IMG/VR virus record: IMGVR_UViG_3300023110_000024
Location: 1 to 64,000 of that record
Length of the DNA: 64,000 nucleotides
Origin: a virus
Strand: one strand, 5' to 3'
The position numbers were made by a program, and so were the translations under genes. Every line of letters begins with the position of its first letter. Position 1 is the first letter of the stretch. Below the pieces are notes generated by a model, which had not been told where the DNA came from, made no database searches, and saw only the letters and a list, made by a program, of their open reading frames with translations. Below, in pieces: positions 1 to 9,752 of the stretch.

Positions 1-672
1 TTCTGCGTCTTTGCTTTTCTTTCCAAGGATGTTAAGACTCTGCCAAGTGCATATGGTATGTTTTTTGGCAAGGTCTTTTCGATCACCAAAGTATACGCCG
101 ACGTCCAGCCCGCAGTTTCTGTAATCTTCTTCAGTCTGCTGCACAAGAGATTTGTTTGGTACAATGACAAGTGTTCGTCCATGTTGTTCTGCTATGTGTG
201 AGAGTGTGGCTGTGGTAATAGTTTTACCTGCGCCCGTAGCTATTTCCTGCAGTGACTGCGGGTTAGCTAAAAAATTATTTATCGCTTCTACCTGGTAGTC
301 ACGTAGTAGTATTTTTTCACCCTCAGCAGGATGTCCTTTGGGCCAGCATACTCCTTGGTTCGCCCAATAGTTCTCTGTAATAGTTGGAAACTGTAAGTCT
401 ATTGTCTGCCGTCTATCATCAATATCTGAGATAGTGTAGTTGTGTTTAGATAGGATCTCTACCACAGTGCCTAGATGATTGACATATCCTGTTCCTCCTA
501 TGTTGAAGAAAGGAACTTTGCCATCCCAACGCCCTAGCTTGTAGTGTGGCGTATGCCTAGCATATGGAACTTCAAACTTTAGAGCGTTTGCTATTTTGCG
601 TCTTACATCTACTGGCAAGCCTTCTAACTTGATATTGACTTCGTCTTGTATTACAAGTTTACATGGTTTCAT
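1..672 (-). CDS. uvsW: SF2 DNA helicase UvsW-like (3' end runs off the window)
   Basis: Manual translation from ATG at 672: MKPCKLVIQDEVNIK...LRDYQVEAI...EIATGAGKT (Q motif, Walker A)...TLVIVPNKSLVQQT...TWQSL; ATGA overlap with the upstream gene. Confidence 0.9.
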   Translation of the reverse strand, partial: MKPCKLVIQDEVNIKLEGLPVDVRRKIANALKFEVPYARHTPHYKLGRWDGKVPFFNIGGTGYVNHLGTVVEILSKHNYTISDIDDRRQTIDLQFPTITENYWANQGVCWPKGHPAEGEKILLRDYQVEAINNFLANPQSLQEIATGAGKTITTATLSHIAEQHGRTLVIVPNKSLVQQTEEDYRNCGLDVGVYFGDRKDLAKKHTICTWQSLNILGKKSKDAE

Positions 673-2006
673 ATTGTAAAGTAATGATGTCCTGTGAAAA
701 ATTCATCTGAGTACGTTAAGTTTAAGTCTGCTGATTCTCTAAAAACAGTAATAGTTCTATTAGTAGAGATAGAAGCTCGTAGCATCAATACAGTTCTAGG
801 CCTCCAACTAGATTCAAGCAGTGGCTTAGGTATTCTCTTTTGCTGATGTAAAAAGATAACTTTAGTGTCCTTGGTTGGTAAATTATTTAGTTCGTGTCTA
901 GTGACATAGTTATTAAATTCACAATCATCTATTGATCTCTTATCCTTGCGATACAAAACTGCCATCTCAGAATTTTTTACATATGATTCTAAATATGTAT
1001 GTAGCTTGGCTAGGATAACAATATCAGGAACTGACTCGCCAGGACCTAAGACATGATCAATTCCATTAGCTTGATAGAATGAAACAGACTCGTGTCGAGA
1101 TAATACTGGCATAGATATGAGTAATGGATATCTATCTAGCTCGTGTATGCTTTCAAAAATTTGATCTAGTCCATATATTTTAGATGAAGCAAAGCAAAGA
1201 TTAGTAGTTCTCAATAATATATTTTGGCTGACTTGTGTTAGCTTCGCATCGTTTTCTCTACTAGCTTTCAAATCAAAATGAGACAGTCCTAATATACCTG
1301 CAGCATCTCGATATAAATGTAAGTTGTGCGGTCCTGGTTCGCCAAACTTTTCATGTGCGTATTCAACCACTCGTGGATGAACATTGCGTAACTGATAATC
1401 ATATACACCAGGGCAATGAGTATCACTGTTAGATTGTATTTGACATACCTCATCATAATACTCTAATAGCTGAGGCTCAATATCAAATTCTAAATCTTTG
1501 AAGTGTGTGATAATATCTAATGCGTTGCGTTCGTTTAGTTTGACGAAGTGCGTCTTTGTTTTATTGTCGTACATTTTTTTATCTTGTACAGACTTGATAA
1601 AATCAATATGCTTTATCATTTTATTAGAAAATGGAAAGCGTATAGCCATCATCTGAGCTTTGATGAGTCCCCCAAACACTGGCACTTCTCGCTCTATTAC
1701 TTTGATAGTTCTTGTTCTATCAATAATACGATATGGGTGACGCAGATGATCCAAGTCTTCTCTAAAGTCAGGATAGCGTGCCTCGAGCCACTCAGAGTAT
1801 TCAAGTAGTTTGAGTTTTAGCAGTTCGTGCTGCCGTTCAGTCAAACCCATACCCTTCATAGATTGTCTGTGTAAGCTATAGAATAACTTTTGATCAGGAT
1901 CTGTTAGAATTTTTTTATTAGCTGATATAATATCTAAATAATCTTCAATAGTCACTGGGTCCTGTGGTTCGTGAGAATCTACATCCTCTAGTCCAAATGT
2001 CATCAT
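669..2006 (-). CDS. hypothetical protein (445 aa) translationally coupled to uvsW
   Basis: Long ORF whose stop overlaps the uvsW start; no recognised motif. Confidence 0.75.
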   Translation of the reverse strand: MMTFGLEDVDSHEPQDPVTIEDYLDIISANKKILTDPDQKLFYSLHRQSMKGMGLTERQHELLKLKLLEYSEWLEARYPDFREDLDHLRHPYRIIDRTRTIKVIEREVPVFGGLIKAQMMAIRFPFSNKMIKHIDFIKSVQDKKMYDNKTKTHFVKLNERNALDIITHFKDLEFDIEPQLLEYYDEVCQIQSNSDTHCPGVYDYQLRNVHPRVVEYAHEKFGEPGPHNLHLYRDAAGILGLSHFDLKASRENDAKLTQVSQNILLRTTNLCFASSKIYGLDQIFESIHELDRYPLLISMPVLSRHESVSFYQANGIDHVLGPGESVPDIVILAKLHTYLESYVKNSEMAVLYRKDKRSIDDCEFNNYVTRHELNNLPTKDTKVIFLHQQKRIPKPLLESSWRPRTVLMLRASISTNRTITVFRESADLNLTYSDEFFTGHHYFTI

Positions 2007-2036
2007 AAATTCTACCTATACTTTCATTATAACAGG

Positions 2037-2885
2037 TTATAAAATATTTGTCAATCGTTTTAGTGGCTTACCCGTAGATATTTCTTTCGTAGTCCATTCG
2101 GTATATGCAAAATCATTCAGCCATTGTCGTCTGTCAGGTGTGTCTGGATTGTTTATATTATTTACATCCAGATTACCCACGCTCCACGCTAGGCTCGAAA
2201 AGGAAGTAAAGAGTGGTATTCCTTTCATTGCTGCTATGATGCCTGGGTTGGAACTCCAATTGACTACGGCGTATGCCTTCTCAACAGTAAAGTCATAGTC
2301 ATCATATGTGTTAGGAATCTTTTTAGGTATTTGTAGAATAGTGTTGGCAGGTAGGTTTCTCAGACGCATTGGGCATCGTGGATGCTGCCTTACAATAATA
2401 TTTCTATCAGTATGTTTTCTTATTGTAGCTAGTGTATCCATCAGCCATCGCTCTTGATGTTGCTCGTCGTGCCATTGTGCTGACTTATTGTTTTGACAAG
2501 CTATGAGTATAGAACCATTTGTGTTTTGTTTCCATGGATCTAGCTTTAGTCCTAGCTTGTCAGCTCGCTTGCTGTCGTTTGCTCGAGGTCCAAAGTAAGC
2601 TGAGTTATTGACTCCGCCTACTCCCATTTTCCATGTGACATTGCGTTCTATAGCACCTACTTCTAATACTATGACAGGTGTACGATTGCGAGCTGCTCTG
2701 TGCCATATCTCTTTGTTCTTCAACATTCTACCATGCCAGAGGACGCCCCATATGACATCTACATCTCCTTTGTCGGAGTTATGGTAAACAGTGTAGCCTA
2801 ATCGTTTAGCTCCAGCCTCGAAGGCAGCGAATACAGATTTGGAGTTGAGTGCTCCATTATTTGTGTGCAAATTAAATGATTTCAT
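2037..2885 (-). CDS. capsule polysaccharide biosynthesis (KpsS/Capsule_synth-like) GT-B glycosyltransferase
   Basis: ILIACQ...IIVRQHP and VVNWSSNPGIIAAMKGIP motifs resemble the QxxxD, HP and NSxxGxEA motifs of the KpsC/KpsS-like family. Confidence 0.6.
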   Translation of the reverse strand: MKSFNLHTNNGALNSKSVFAAFEAGAKRLGYTVYHNSDKGDVDVIWGVLWHGRMLKNKEIWHRAARNRTPVIVLEVGAIERNVTWKMGVGGVNNSAYFGPRANDSKRADKLGLKLDPWKQNTNGSILIACQNNKSAQWHDEQHQERWLMDTLATIRKHTDRNIIVRQHPRCPMRLRNLPANTILQIPKKIPNTYDDYDFTVEKAYAVVNWSSNPGIIAAMKGIPLFTSFSSLAWSVGNLDVNNINNPDTPDRRQWLNDFAYTEWTTKEISTGKPLKRLTNIL

Positions 2886-2924
2886 ATTAAATACTTATAT
2901 ATACTATATATACAGGAGAAACTG

Positions 2925-3770
2925 ATGACAGACATTCTTGCGGTAACAACTTTCAACAAAGAGGGTTTAGATCTCTATGCTCAAAAGTTCTTAGACACAT
3001 GGGCACAAAATACAGATGATAATATGAAGTTGCTAGTGTATGCTGAGGATTGTGATCCAATCAATCCCGCACCTAGCAAGATTCTAATATTGAATCAACG
3101 GGAAGCATTACCAAAGTTGATGAAGTTCAAAAAGAAATGGGGCAAGGTTCCTAAGGCTAATGGCGAGTGTCCTTTCCCGCACAAGCGTCCTAGGGACTAT
3201 GATAAAAAATTCAAATGGGATGCGATGCGATTTGCAAACAAGGTATATGCGGTATTTGATGCTTGTGAAAGAAATACTGGCAAAGGTTGGGTTGTATGGA
3301 TTGATGCTGACATGGTTGTGCATAGTCACTGGAACTATGAACAATATGCATCTCTGTTCCCTTCTGATGTATGGCTAACATATGTAGGCAGAGGCAAAGG
3401 ATCTCAGACATGGCCTGAGTGTGGCTTTTATGGGATTGATTGCAAATCCGCTAAAGCACGACAGTTTGTAGCTAATCTTGAATATCAATATGAGAATGCT
3501 GAGGACGGGATATTCAAATTAGATGAATGGCACGATAGTTATGTGTTTGGCTCCTGCTTAGAAAAATTTATGCGTATGTATCCAGATGTGTTAGATTACA
3601 GTGCTGGTATGTATAGCGTGGCTGTAAAGACTGGTGGGGGAGGACATCCTCTCATCAATGGTGTGTTAGGTACTTGGTTAGATCATCTAAAGGGTGACAG
3701 AAAACAAACAGGTAAAAGCAATAAAAGAGATCTTATGGTGAAGCGTGGAGAAAAATACTGGAAGTTTTGA
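2925..3770 (+). CDS. putative GT-A glycosyltransferase
   Basis: WDAMRFANKV, VVWIDAD (DxD motif), ECGF, EWHDSYVF, DHLKG. Confidence 0.65.
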   Translation: MTDILAVTTFNKEGLDLYAQKFLDTWAQNTDDNMKLLVYAEDCDPINPAPSKILILNQREALPKLMKFKKKWGKVPKANGECPFPHKRPRDYDKKFKWDAMRFANKVYAVFDACERNTGKGWVVWIDADMVVHSHWNYEQYASLFPSDVWLTYVGRGKGSQTWPECGFYGIDCKSAKARQFVANLEYQYENAEDGIFKLDEWHDSYVFGSCLEKFMRMYPDVLDYSAGMYSVAVKTGGGGHPLINGVLGTWLDHLKGDRKQTGKSNKRDLMVKRGEKYWKF

Positions 3771-4494
3771 TGTTGTAACAAGTATGAGTCTCGACTATTA
3801 CAACAAGGTTGGGACTTATATGATTCAAACTTGGCTGAAGTATTGGACTGGCTTTACTCTTACTGTTTATACAGAAGACACTTTGCCTATAACTGATCCT
3901 AGAATTACAATCAAGGATGTGAATAATTTAGGATCTGCTTTTCATAAATTCCAAAAAGCAACACATACTAACAGCCGAGCTACTATATTTTCTAAAAAGG
4001 CATTTCCTATTATAGAACATCTCAAGCCTTCTACTGGTTATCTAGTATGGGTAGATGCTGATGTAATCTCAGAAGGTTACATTACACCCCTTTGGTTACA
4101 CTCTTTGATAGGGGATGATAGTTCAGATAATATATCTGCTCACTTTGGAGTTCCCCAGCAAGGTTACTATTCTGTAGAGACAGGATTCTTTATAATCAAT
4201 CGAGAGCATAGATACAAGCCTATGTTCTATGCAAAGTATCGCAGCATCTATCATCGTCGAGACTTTTCAAATATGTATAAGCCTTTTGATGGAGATTCGT
4301 TTGGTAGAGTTATTCGTGAGTGTAGAGAGTTTGTAGATGACTTTAGCTATAGAGAATTATCTCCAAAGCCAGATAAGATACTAAGCCCATTCAATAATCA
4401 AATGCAAGGAAAACTATGGCATTTAAAAGCAAAGCACAAAGATAAAGACTTTACTTCTTCCCTAAGGTTACATAAGGCTCTTTATCGGAGATAA
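3745..4494 (+). CDS. putative GT-A glycosyltransferase, paralog of 2925..3770
   Basis: FSKKAF, LVWVDAD, ETGFF, FDGDSF, WHLK align with the preceding ORF. Confidence 0.6.
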   Translation: MEKNTGSFDVVTSMSLDYYNKVGTYMIQTWLKYWTGFTLTVYTEDTLPITDPRITIKDVNNLGSAFHKFQKATHTNSRATIFSKKAFPIIEHLKPSTGYLVWVDADVISEGYITPLWLHSLIGDDSSDNISAHFGVPQQGYYSVETGFFIINREHRYKPMFYAKYRSIYHRRDFSNMYKPFDGDSFGRVIRECREFVDDFSYRELSPKPDKILSPFNNQMQGKLWHLKAKHKDKDFTSSLRLHKALYRR

Positions 4495-5410
4495 ATTGTT
4501 TCATATGTCGCCAAGCATCGCCATTGCGTAGCTCTTCCATTTTCCAATGACACATAGCTAATCGCTGTAGCCAATCTGTTCTATCAAATGTTTGTGGAGA
4601 CTCAATAGTAGATAAATCTGTATTGGCTACAGCAAATGCTTGGCTAGTCTGTGGAATTGGATCTGTAACATACAGAGGTACTCCTTCAATAGCACTGGCT
4701 ACACCTGGACTAGAATTGTATGTTATTGTAGCCCATGCTTTTTCAAAATCCTTTTTGATACTTTTGTTGTTAGATATTTTATGCTTTGTCTCTCGCAAAT
4801 ATCTATGAGCGTGTTTGTCTCCTGGATGAGCTCTTACAAGTATGCCTCTGTCTGTATGCTTGCGGATCTCTTGAACTGTTTGATGAATCCAATCTACAAC
4901 AGACAGTCCTTTCATACTCCAACCTTCGTTGCGTTGGCAACATAGTAAGATGTAACTTCCTAACTTACGCCATGGCTTTACTTTTATATCTAAATCTGTG
5001 GATATCTTATCCCAGCGTGTCTCATCTACAATAGTATCAAAATAGTTAGCAGTAGTTGGAAATACTCCGCCCATGCTAAAACGATGATACATCATAGGGT
5101 GTAACTTATCTACATTGTAACCAAACAGGTTACTATCAATAACAATAAGATTTTTATTATCGTCTTGTTGTCGTTTTATAATACTACGACGAAAATTTAG
5201 ATGAGGAGTTCTTGAGGAATTCTCATGCACCCAGCCTTGTAATACAGCAACATCAACTGGGACGGGGCGATTATATCTAGAGTCATAAATTTTGCCAGAG
5301 TCTTTATTAGCATTGACTCCTTTGATAAAATTTATGAGTAAGTCTGCTTTGTGACTTCTACGGGCAGATGGAGGTATTGAGTTGATGAAGGCACAAACAG
5401 TGGTTTTCAT
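4451..5410 (-). CDS. KpsS/Capsule_synth-like glycosyltransferase, paralog of 2037..2885
   Basis: ILLCCQ, IRKHTDRGILVRAHP, TYNSSPGVASAIEGVP, DRTDWLQRLA. Confidence 0.6.
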   Translation of the reverse strand: MKTTVCAFINSIPPSARRSHKADLLINFIKGVNANKDSGKIYDSRYNRPVPVDVAVLQGWVHENSSRTPHLNFRRSIIKRQQDDNKNLIVIDSNLFGYNVDKLHPMMYHRFSMGGVFPTTANYFDTIVDETRWDKISTDLDIKVKPWRKLGSYILLCCQRNEGWSMKGLSVVDWIHQTVQEIRKHTDRGILVRAHPGDKHAHRYLRETKHKISNNKSIKKDFEKAWATITYNSSPGVASAIEGVPLYVTDPIPQTSQAFAVANTDLSTIESPQTFDRTDWLQRLAMCHWKMEELRNGDAWRHMKQFISDKEPYVTLGKK

Positions 5411-6123
5411 TTATCAACAGTGTCCTTGATGGTAAATTCTCTCTCCATTAGTTGTTGATACTCATCCTTCCAAACATCTGATAAGTCCTGCATAAAATAG
5501 TTTTTGAACCAAGGCCCGCCTTCTGTATAGTGTATTAGCTTTGGTGATCCATCGTGTTTGTAGTAGTGCCCTACAAGCCAGTTCCATTCGTGATGCAGTT
5601 CGCCTATCTCATCATCCTGCAGCCAATTGAAACGATGGAAGTATCCACCATCTTTAGATGGGTCACTAATAAGTTCCTTAGTCAAAACTTTATTAGAAGG
5701 ATGCTCACAGTTGAACAACATTACCGAGGACCAGTTTTTGCGTGGATATACAGTTTGTAGTCTGCCATCCATTTTAGTTTGGCTGAGTGGTGTGTAGTCG
5801 TGCTTCACTACCATTACAGCATACTTGTCGTCAGCTAAATCAAACAGTTCGTTCAAGTCAGTTTGTAATAGCGTATCACAATCAATAAACAATGCCCACC
5901 CTCTGTAGTGTGTTAGCGCAGGTACTAGAAATCTAGTAAATGTAAATTCAGTAGATGATAATCTATCTATTGGACGCCAGTACCAGCCTGACTTCTCTAA
6001 CATTGTTTTCTTAATTGGATATACAGTAGCGCCAGGTGTTCGTGTTAGAATGCTATGGCGACATACTTCATATGCTAAGTCCTCTCTTGGATCATAGCCC
6101 ACATAAATTTTTAAATCTCTCAT
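5407..6123 (-). CDS. glycosyltransferase, GT8-like
   Basis: IYVGYDPRE, STEFTFTRF, LFIDCD (DxD), YPRKNWSSVMLFN, WNWLVG, HYTEGGPW. Confidence 0.8.
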   Translation of the reverse strand: MRDLKIYVGYDPREDLAYEVCRHSILTRTPGATVYPIKKTMLEKSGWYWRPIDRLSSTEFTFTRFLVPALTHYRGWALFIDCDTLLQTDLNELFDLADDKYAVMVVKHDYTPLSQTKMDGRLQTVYPRKNWSSVMLFNCEHPSNKVLTKELISDPSKDGGYFHRFNWLQDDEIGELHHEWNWLVGHYYKHDGSPKLIHYTEGGPWFKNYFMQDLSDVWKDEYQQLMEREFTIKDTVDK

Positions 6124-6852
6124 AAAACCGTTTGTTTAGATCTCTACATTCTTCCAAGTATGTAGGATGGATATACATAGTGTCATTGGACACATCATTG
6201 ATTGACTCTAACATTACAGGCGTATATTTAAAAGTTTTGAACTTTGTGCTCCACGGCACTACTTGAACATTCCTGCCAAGTAGCATAGCCCAATAGGCTC
6301 CGTGATAGCTAGTAGTTACTACAGTTTCGCCTGAAGCTAAAAAGCGAATAATATTATATATGTCTTTTGCCTTGTTAGTTAGTACAGGTGCATCTACATC
6401 TGGCTTTTCTTTTCTTGCGTGTAGATAATATACTTTGTCATGCTTTTTTTCATAGGATTATCAAATGCTGGATGCATACAAGTTACACACGGAACATATT
6501 CGCCAATGCCTATATTGTTAGCATCTCGCAAACCAATCATATCAGCATTGCCAAGCCATTCAGGATATCCTCTGTCCTTATTTACATCATAATTGGTTCC
6601 AATACCCCAGACTACGAGTTTTGCGGGTTGCTGTTTTACAATAAATTCAATATTCTCTGTGAACGTTGGATGTATCAAACCACCTCCTCCTATAACAACA
6701 ATCTTACCCTCGGCATCAGTTACTTGATATCTTGGATTATCTTGAAGTTGAATAGGACAAGTCTTGGCAGAAAAATCTGCAAAGTATCTGCTAGGGTTAC
6801 AGTAAAAGTCTCCTGCGTTGCCTCGATGCTGTCTATGAAATTCGTAAATCAT
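6092..6852 (-). pseudogene. polysaccharide pyruvyltransferase-like gene interrupted by a frameshift at an A7 tract
   Basis: 5' part has GNAGD, VIGGGGLI, VWGIG, IGLRD; the alternative frame after 6444-6450 reads KKHDKVYYLHARK...VVTTSYHGAYWAMLLGRNV and joins ORF 6092..6286. Confidence 0.75.
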
Positions 6853-7307
6853 AATGTTGCGTCCTCCATACCTGCTACTCTTAGTTTAGTAATGTTAGTA
6901 ATTTGCCATTGCTTCTGATCTAAGCCTTTCATAACGCCTAGCCATTTATTACGAAGCAGTGCAAACTCATTTATGATATGTTCAAAATCAACAACATCAG
7001 GTTCACCATCTACATATTTTTCTACATCTCTACTAGACAGTGCTCGCTGATAATTTTCTAAATATTTTTTAAAGAATGAGGATCTTAGTTTGCGAAGTTC
7101 TATGTTTAGGTAGTTGAGAATAGCCTCAATCTCTTGTAACTGATTGAACCTATGCTCAACTATACCTGGAAGTTCAGAACTAGCTTTTTCAAGTGAGCCT
7201 CTCAGCTTACACTCCATACGAGCTTGTGCTAGTTCTGATTCAAAGTGTTGAATAGCATTAGGTATAGAGTTTACGTCTCTAGTAACACTAGAGTACCATC
7301 CTGCCAT
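6849..7307 (-). CDS. uvsY: recombination mediator UvsY-like
   Basis: Helical 152-aa protein with RDVEKYVDGE and KQWQITNITKLR; lies near uvsX and uvsW. Confidence 0.7.
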   Translation of the reverse strand: MAGWYSSVTRDVNSIPNAIQHFESELAQARMECKLRGSLEKASSELPGIVEHRFNQLQEIEAILNYLNIELRKLRSSFFKKYLENYQRALSSRDVEKYVDGEPDVVDFEHIINEFALLRNKWLGVMKGLDQKQWQITNITKLRVAGMEDATL

Positions 7308-7309
7308 AT

Positions 7310-7522
7310 TTACTCATCGTATTCGAGGTCAGGTTCGTCCAAGTAGTAAGCAATTGCGTGATCCAAATAAGGACAGTTGCCTAATACAGTTTTTAACGTT
7401 GGATCATCTACCCCGTAGTCAGCACATAGTTCAACAAACTGTTCTGCTACAGCAGGTAGATTCTTTTTATCTAAATGATCTTTGAATAAAGTCCATGTAT
7501 CAACAATGAGCTGTTCATTCAT
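7310..7522 (-). CDS. small acidic hypothetical protein
   Basis: ORF packed tightly between uvsX and uvsY. Confidence 0.65.
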   Translation of the reverse strand: MNEQLIVDTWTLFKDHLDKKNLPAVAEQFVELCADYGVDDPTLKTVLGNCPYLDHAIAYYLDEPDLEYDE

Positions 7523-8582
7523 CTTGTGTTATCTCCTCTTGAGTTTCAACATATGGTATATTTAGCTCAAGAGGACGATTGGGTAGATCATTTATAATCA
7601 TGTCTAGTCGCTCACCAGTCCATGCCTTGCGATACTCTTTATGCTCTACTCCTGCAGAGTCTGTGTAACGTAGTCTGTTGCCATCCTTTACAAGCAATCC
7701 TTTCTTCTCAAATAGATCCACTAATCCACTATACGGATCCATTCCTGTCTCATACGGAATCTTAACTTGTACTCCTTCAAACGGTTTAGCATATCGTGTT
7801 TTCATAACTTTACAAGCAGCACGAATGCCATTTACATTTGAGGTTTTATTTCCATCCTCATCTTCTTTTAGCTTTAGCTTTTTCATCGCTACTACAATAG
7901 AAGAGGCGTAAATAAATCCTTGTCCGCCTGAAATTTTATCATCCGGATCAAACATATCCTGAGATGCATATGTATGATTAGTTGCTACAAGTCCTACGTT
8001 ATGGCTACCAAACATATTGACACAATTTCTTACTAGGGCTGTTAGTGCTTTAGGTTTCCTACCCATATCACCTTTTAGATCGCCTTTGCCAAACTGATCA
8101 ACATCTGTTGGAGTTAGCAACATACCTAGTGAGTCAATAACAAATAATACTTTGGGTTTGTCTTCTCCGTCTAGCTTTTTGAAGTCATCCATAAAGACAG
8201 AGATTGTTTTAGCTACATCATCAATCATACTCATATTGAGTTTTAGCAGTTTGCTTTCGGATGTATCTACATTTAGATTGCGTAGCCATTCTTCGTCTAG
8301 TGCGTTCTCACTATCTACTAGCACAACGAAGATATCTTGTTCCTGTGCGGCTTTTACAATATTGCCAGCACAAATATAACTTTTACCAGCGCCTGACTCT
8401 CCTGCAAATACGCTCACTTTACCTAGAGGTATTCCTTTATAGAAGTCGCCGGATATCAAATAATTTAGTGCGTAGTTTCCTGTACTAACCCAATCAGTAG
8501 GATCATTAAATCCTGTACTCATACCTGAGATAGATTTAGTCAGTTCTTTGCGAAACTTTGATGGGTCAAAAGCCTTTGCCAT
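7515..8582 (-). CDS. uvsX: RecA-like recombinase UvsX
   Basis: STGNYALN, GESGAGKS Walker A, VDSENA, VIDSLG Walker B, TNHTY, ISGGQG. Confidence 0.95.
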   Translation of the reverse strand: MAKAFDPSKFRKELTKSISGMSTGFNDPTDWVSTGNYALNYLISGDFYKGIPLGKVSVFAGESGAGKSYICAGNIVKAAQEQDIFVVLVDSENALDEEWLRNLNVDTSESKLLKLNMSMIDDVAKTISVFMDDFKKLDGEDKPKVLFVIDSLGMLLTPTDVDQFGKGDLKGDMGRKPKALTALVRNCVNMFGSHNVGLVATNHTYASQDMFDPDDKISGGQGFIYASSIVVAMKKLKLKEDEDGNKTSNVNGIRAACKVMKTRYAKPFEGVQVKIPYETGMDPYSGLVDLFEKKGLLVKDGNRLRYTDSAGVEHKEYRKAWTGERLDMIINDLPNRPLELNIPYVETQEEITQDE

Positions 8583-8603
8583 TAAATTCCTTAAAGGGTG
8601 AGG

Positions 8604-8677
8604 TGGAGCCCCGTACTAGAATCGAACTAGTAACGGAAGATTACAAATCTACTGTTATACCATTTAACTAACGGGGC
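8604..8677 (-). tRNA. trnT: tRNA-Thr (anticodon UGU) with encoded CCA
   Basis: Reverse complement folds as a cloverleaf: GCCCCGT acceptor, GTTA/TAAC D stem, GTAGA-TTTGTAA-TCTTC anticodon arm, ACTAG-TTCGATT-CTAGT T arm, ACGGGGC-T-CCA. Confidence 0.93.
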
Positions 8678-8686
8678 GCCAATATA

Positions 8687-9670
8687 TTAATCTTCAGACT
8701 TTTGTCTGTTACGGATCATTGCTAAAATGTCATTAGCATCAGCTCCACCTTTAGCAGCATCGGCTGCCGCTTTGGGCTCGTCTGGCTCAAATGGTAGATC
8801 GTCGTCTTCTACCTTTTCTACCTTAGCTTCTACCTTTGGAGCAGGTGCGGGAGCAGGAGCGGATTGTGGATCACCAGTCTTAGCTGCCAACCCAGCAGGG
8901 CGGAAGTAGCTACCCCACTTCTCTTCGTCATATGCCTCGCCATCGACAGATGCCTCAAACATTTCCTGCATAATCTTCAATTCTACATCTGTTGGCTTCT
9001 TTGGAAGGAAGTCATTCAGATTGAACAAGCCGTTGTTATTCACAGCCTGCATTTCAGCATCGCCTAGTGGGCGTGTTCGTCGTGCCCAGCTGGATGTTGA
9101 GTAATCAGCGTATCCACCTTTGGAAGTCTTCTTCAGTCTAAAGTCCAAGCCTGATGTGTAATCAGTTGGCATCTCTTCCATGTCTGGATCCATAAGAGCA
9201 TCCTTGACTAGGGTAAAGATTTGTGGACCAAGTATAAAACGACGAATAAGATTCTCAGGTTTCGATTCTTCGTTCATTGGATCTTCTACTACAAATCCTT
9301 GAAACAAATAAGAACGCTTCTTCCAATACTTACGCCCCATTGACTCCATCTCCGGAGACTTGAACCAAGCACGAACTTCGTTCAAGATAGGGCAAGACTC
9401 TCCGTACATTTCCATACAAGGAATCTGTACCTGTACTGGCTTAGAGTCCGTTTGTCCTTTGATGCCACCTTCAAAAGGTAGTTTAATCATCAAACGTTCT
9501 CGCCAAAAGAAAGTGTTGTTTGTATCTGCGTCAGGTAGAAATCTCAATACCGCAGTCGTTCCTTCTGAAATATTCCAGAAGGGATAAATTGCGTTATCGC
9601 CGCCACCTTGTCCTGTTGATTTGGATTCTTGTTCTTTGAGTTTTGCTCGGATTTCTGCTAAAGATGCCAT
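8687..9670 (-). CDS. gp32: single-stranded DNA-binding protein gp32-like
   Basis: LRFLPD, CMEMYGESCPI, YWKKRSY, GYADYSTS, acidic tail DDDLPF. Confidence 0.9.
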   Translation of the reverse strand: MASLAEIRAKLKEQESKSTGQGGGDNAIYPFWNISEGTTAVLRFLPDADTNNTFFWRERLMIKLPFEGGIKGQTDSKPVQVQIPCMEMYGESCPILNEVRAWFKSPEMESMGRKYWKKRSYLFQGFVVEDPMNEESKPENLIRRFILGPQIFTLVKDALMDPDMEEMPTDYTSGLDFRLKKTSKGGYADYSTSSWARRTRPLGDAEMQAVNNNGLFNLNDFLPKKPTDVELKIMQEMFEASVDGEAYDEEKWGSYFRPAGLAAKTGDPQSAPAPAPAPKVEAKVEKVEDDDLPFEPDEPKAAADAAKGGADANDILAMIRNRQKSED

Positions 9671-9722
9671 AATATTCTCCTATAATAATAGCCTGTTAAA
9701 TATGCCTAAGTTGAGTTAAAAG

Positions 9723-9748
9723 TAGCATATACTTCTTAGTATATACTA
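9723..9748 (-). terminator. hairpin followed by a U-run upstream of gp32
   Basis: Minus strand TAGTATATACT-AAGA-AGTATATGCTA-CTTTT (one G-U pair). Confidence 0.4.
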
Positions 9749-9752
9749 TATT

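Noticed and set aside
6444-6450. Canonical dnaX-type A-AAA-AAG programmed -1 frameshift
   Set aside because: In the zero frame the codons are ATG AAA AAA AGC, so the heptamer is not in canonical phase; slippage or indel explanations are retained instead
6388-6918. 176-aa plus-strand ORF
   Set aside because: Antisense to the motif-bearing pyruvyltransferase gene; no recognisable features
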